A stretch of 64,000 nt of DNA from Hypanus sabinus (Eukaryota): the NCBI RefSeq assembly GCF_030144855.1, contig NW_026779273.1, positions 62,001 to 126,000 on the forward strand, written 5' to 3'. Each line of letters begins with the position of its first letter. Position 1 is the stretch's first letter. Below the pieces are notes generated by a model. That model searched no databases. It saw nothing but the letters and a program-made list of their open reading frames with translations, and was not told the DNA's origin. Shown in pieces: positions 60,831 through 64,000 of this stretch. The position numbers were made by a program, and so were the translations under genes.

Positions 60831-61642
60831 CTGCTTGTAAAATGAACATACCCTTCCATTTTCCTCATAAACAAAAGTCTGTCTTGGCTAAATTTAAAGG
60901 CCACTTATCCTTGTGCCTCTACCACCACTCCAGGAACCTGATCGCATGTACCCACCACTCCCTGAGTAAATGTCATGCTTGTAAACTTGTAAACTTTTTT
61001 GTGTCATCGGTCAGATTATTACCTAGCCTATTTGCCGACATCCGAGTCAGTTACATATATCACTGTTCCAGGGAAGGACTTACTGTCGGACATTAACTAT
61101 GGACTGTTTTTTATGCGTTGTGAATAAAATGCGATTCCCGGGTTACAACATAAAATCTCTGCCTCACAAACCTCCACTTGCTGGCTGAATACAAATCTAC
61201 GTTTTTATTCGATTAGTGAATCGAACAGCAGAGTTACTGAATTACCTGTCCACGAACAGGTGTTTCGGCCAAGCTGAACATTCTTATCGTACCTCAGCAT
61301 AAAACGTCTTCTGTTCTTTCCATTTCTTCTATATTAAAAAAAAAGTGCTGTTCTATTATTTCAGTATCATTCGATCACAATCTGTCGGATTAGTATCACA
61401 AAGTTTTCATTTCCCCGGCCATATTTCCAACTGGACTTTTACCAGGCTCCCTCAACTTCTACAACTCAATCACGTTTGTGTCATCTGCGAGAGTATCTAT
61501 GAGTCACTCCCATTTTCGACCAAGTCAAACGCAAGGACATTTCCAACAATTCTCTCATGCAGAATGGATGTCCTCCATCACTGCCCTCTGTACTTTACTT
61601 GAAGCCATGCTATTGTTACTAACCAGTGGGTAGTTTTGTGCC

Positions 61643-62460
61643 TGTCACAGGAGTTGATGTCATAGAGGCTCCGCTGGGCATGATGTAATGGTCTTGTGAT
61701 GGTGGAGTGACGTGATTTTCCCGCCACTGAGAGGTCATGGAATAGGTTTTTTTCTCAACAGGTTATAAAAGGGGAAACCCGCACTGCGACGCGCGGCAGT
61801 TCGTGGTTGAATTTGCCAGTGACTCCGTTCCGTTGCGAATTCGATGTTATGACGCAGATTTGTTTTAAAGTGGAATGTTACATTCTGCCTTAATTCAAAG
61901 GTTGAGGCGGCAATTCCGAAAATTGCTGCCAGTTAAAGTTCTGTCGGAGAGTAAAGAATTATCGAAGTTCGGAAAACCCGAAAGATTGAGGAAAGTTGAT
62001 TTTGACGGTGAAATATTTTCGACATTGTTTGATCCTCCTTCGGAAAGAATTGGTCATCGGTACCCATATTAGTCCCTGTTGGAAGGGCGGAAATGACTGG
62101 GTGCAGGGTTTCGCCCACGAAAGGTCAGTGCCTTTAAACCATCTTATTTTCTTCATCGTAAATCCTGCGGGCAAGGCATACTTTGGCTGGGATAGGCAGT
62201 AACAAAACAAAAGAATTTATACCTCAGGAACGTCTGTCCGAAGCGACTGGGTAAAACCTTTGGACTTTCGGATTACTTCTTCTAAGAATATATTTATACA
62301 CAATCGCTTTAAGATCTGTTTTCGCATTATCACTTTAAGATCTGTTTTCGCATTATCGCTTTCAGAACTGTTCAAGCTGCCGCAGGACAGCCGACATCCG
62401 TTTAAGTTAGTCGTTTGTTTATTTTGGGGCTGTTTTAGCAGGGTTTAATACATGTTTTAT
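61643..62460. mobile_element. LTR-like remnant
   Basis: Starts TGTCAC, has TATAAAA and a 26-bp internal tandem repeat; family and ends uncertain. Confidence 0.35.
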
Positions 62461-62469
62461 ATGTTAGAC

Positions 62470-63678
62470 TGTTACGTTCCCCGTAACTGGGTGTCTAACC
62501 AGCAGAGAAAGAAGTATCTGTTGGAGTCTGGTGGTATTATTTTCAGAAGCGTTAATTAGTAAAATATACAAATCAATATCATTAATGCAAATATATATAT
62601 ATATATATATATATATAGATAATACAGGTTAGTAATCATAAACCTAAAATGTGTGTATAATAATAATCAATAATAAACAAGCTCTATTGATGTCTAGGGG
62701 ATAATGAATCGTCATTTATAAGTATAAAGTTCAGATCAGTTCATACGTGCTGACGTAGATGTTGGTTGNNNNNNNNNNNNNNNNNNNNNNNNNNNNNNNN
62801 NNNNNNNNNNNNNNNNNNNNNNNNNNNNNNNNNNNNNNNNNNNNNNNNNNNNNNNNNNNNNNNNNNNNNNNNNNNNNNNNNNNNNNNNNNNNNNNNNNNN
62901 NNNNNNNNNNNNNNNNNNNNNNNNNNNNNNNNNNNNNNNNNNNNNNNNNNNNNNNNNNNNNNNNNNNNNNNNNNNNNNNNNNNNNNNNNNNNNNNNNNNN
63001 NNNNNNNNNNNNNNNNNNNNNNNNCAGGCAAAACTGCCTTTATGCTCTTGATCCATCGTTTCGTTGTGGCATTTCAGGTATGACCCCTCTGTCCTTCAGC
63101 AAGACCGTTCTTCTGTGGTGGACTCGTCAGTCTGGCAAAGGCGGACTCACACTGAAGCCCCCACCTGCCCTGCAATAACACTGTGAGTTAAACTGACCGA
63201 TCTCGTTGTTCGGTCTCCGATGCCCCACACCTTCCCGTGGGTTCCACCACTGAATCAGTGCTAAATAGTGTATCTGAGGGGTGGTTTGCCTGAGGGGTGT
63301 CTCCTCAGACCTCACCTTTATCCCTACTTACGGGGTATCAGGTGTCAATCAATTTTGAATGGCTGTGTCCATCAAACCAGCCCACTCCGGCTGTCCACTG
63401 AGGAATTTTAATGAACAGAATAGTACAAGATAAACAACCCTCTCAGAAGCCATAAGTCTTTCAAAAGTCATAATATGGTGAATCAACAAGTCTCTCTACT
63501 CCAGCTTTATCTCTCTCTTATCTGTTGCAGATGTTCCTATTCCAGCATGTTTTCCCTGACATCTCTCTCTCTCTCCCATTAGCAGCATAGCAACATTAAC
63601 GGTTTGTGATTCTTCCGGGGGGGCACATGGGCAACTCTGCACCCTGCTGCCCATCAGAGCTGTTCATCCTTCGTAACA
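62470..63678. mobile_element. Probable solo LTR
   Basis: Termini TGTTACG...CGTAACA; flanks AGAC/AGAG (imperfect 4-bp TSD); contains an N gap. Confidence 0.55.
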
Positions 63679-64000
63679 AGAGAAAAATAAAACAGTCTCA
63701 ATTATATATTCATTGTTGCTGGAGCGTAACACTGTCCAATGCAACTCGCTCTCATGGCTCTGCCTACCGGAAAGGTTCCTTCTCAAAAGTCTTACTTCCA
63801 GTTGAAGTCCAAAGGTCGGGCCTTGGATGGCGCAATGCTTCACGGTCCAAGCGACCCGACGAATGGGACAATTTACAATGACCAATTCACCTATAAACAC
63901 AGAGATGCTGGGAATGTGGGAGGAGTCAGGAGTACGCCGAAGGCACCCAGGCAGTCACGCTTTACAGACAGTGGCGGGAAATGAATAGCATCGGAGAAGG

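Larger units (their letters stand above)
587..63024. other. Nine assembly gaps
   Basis: N runs at 587-893, 1233-1377, 2739-2882, 6287-6567, 13608-13841, 21204-21867, 31096-31238, 35594-35754 and 62769-63024. Confidence 0.98.

Noticed and set aside
515-63178. ORFs containing long X runs
   Set aside because: Artefacts of N gaps

Overview
Vertebrate genomic DNA, almost certainly from a cartilaginous fish and probably a ray (inferred from V-gene homology, CR1/Penelope/Rex repeat content and a GPR139-like gene). It is a draft assembly with 9 N-gaps. Bases 1-35 kb hold a T-cell receptor beta variable (TRBV) cluster. I hand-traced ten V segments (leader, intron, V exon, 23-bp-spacer RSS) plus one truncated relic. 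Labels V1-V10 and families A/B/C are my own. V1, V3, V4, V5, V7 (+) and V10 (-) look functional. V2 and V8 are open but lack Cys23. V6 and V9 are pseudogenes. All resemble the mammalian TRBV30 (CAWS) type. No D, J or C segment is visible. The cluster contains a duplicated three-gene unit, CTCF motifs about 40 bp behind several RSSs, and a 62-bp minisatellite. V9 appears circularly permuted and sits inside the inter-ORF spacer of an L1. Bases 35-64 kb are mostly CR1 LINEs, a Gypsy gag relic and LTR-like pieces, plus an intact two-exon GPR139/GPR142-like GPCR on the minus strand. All alignments were done by eye; no database search was run, and repeat boundaries are approximate.
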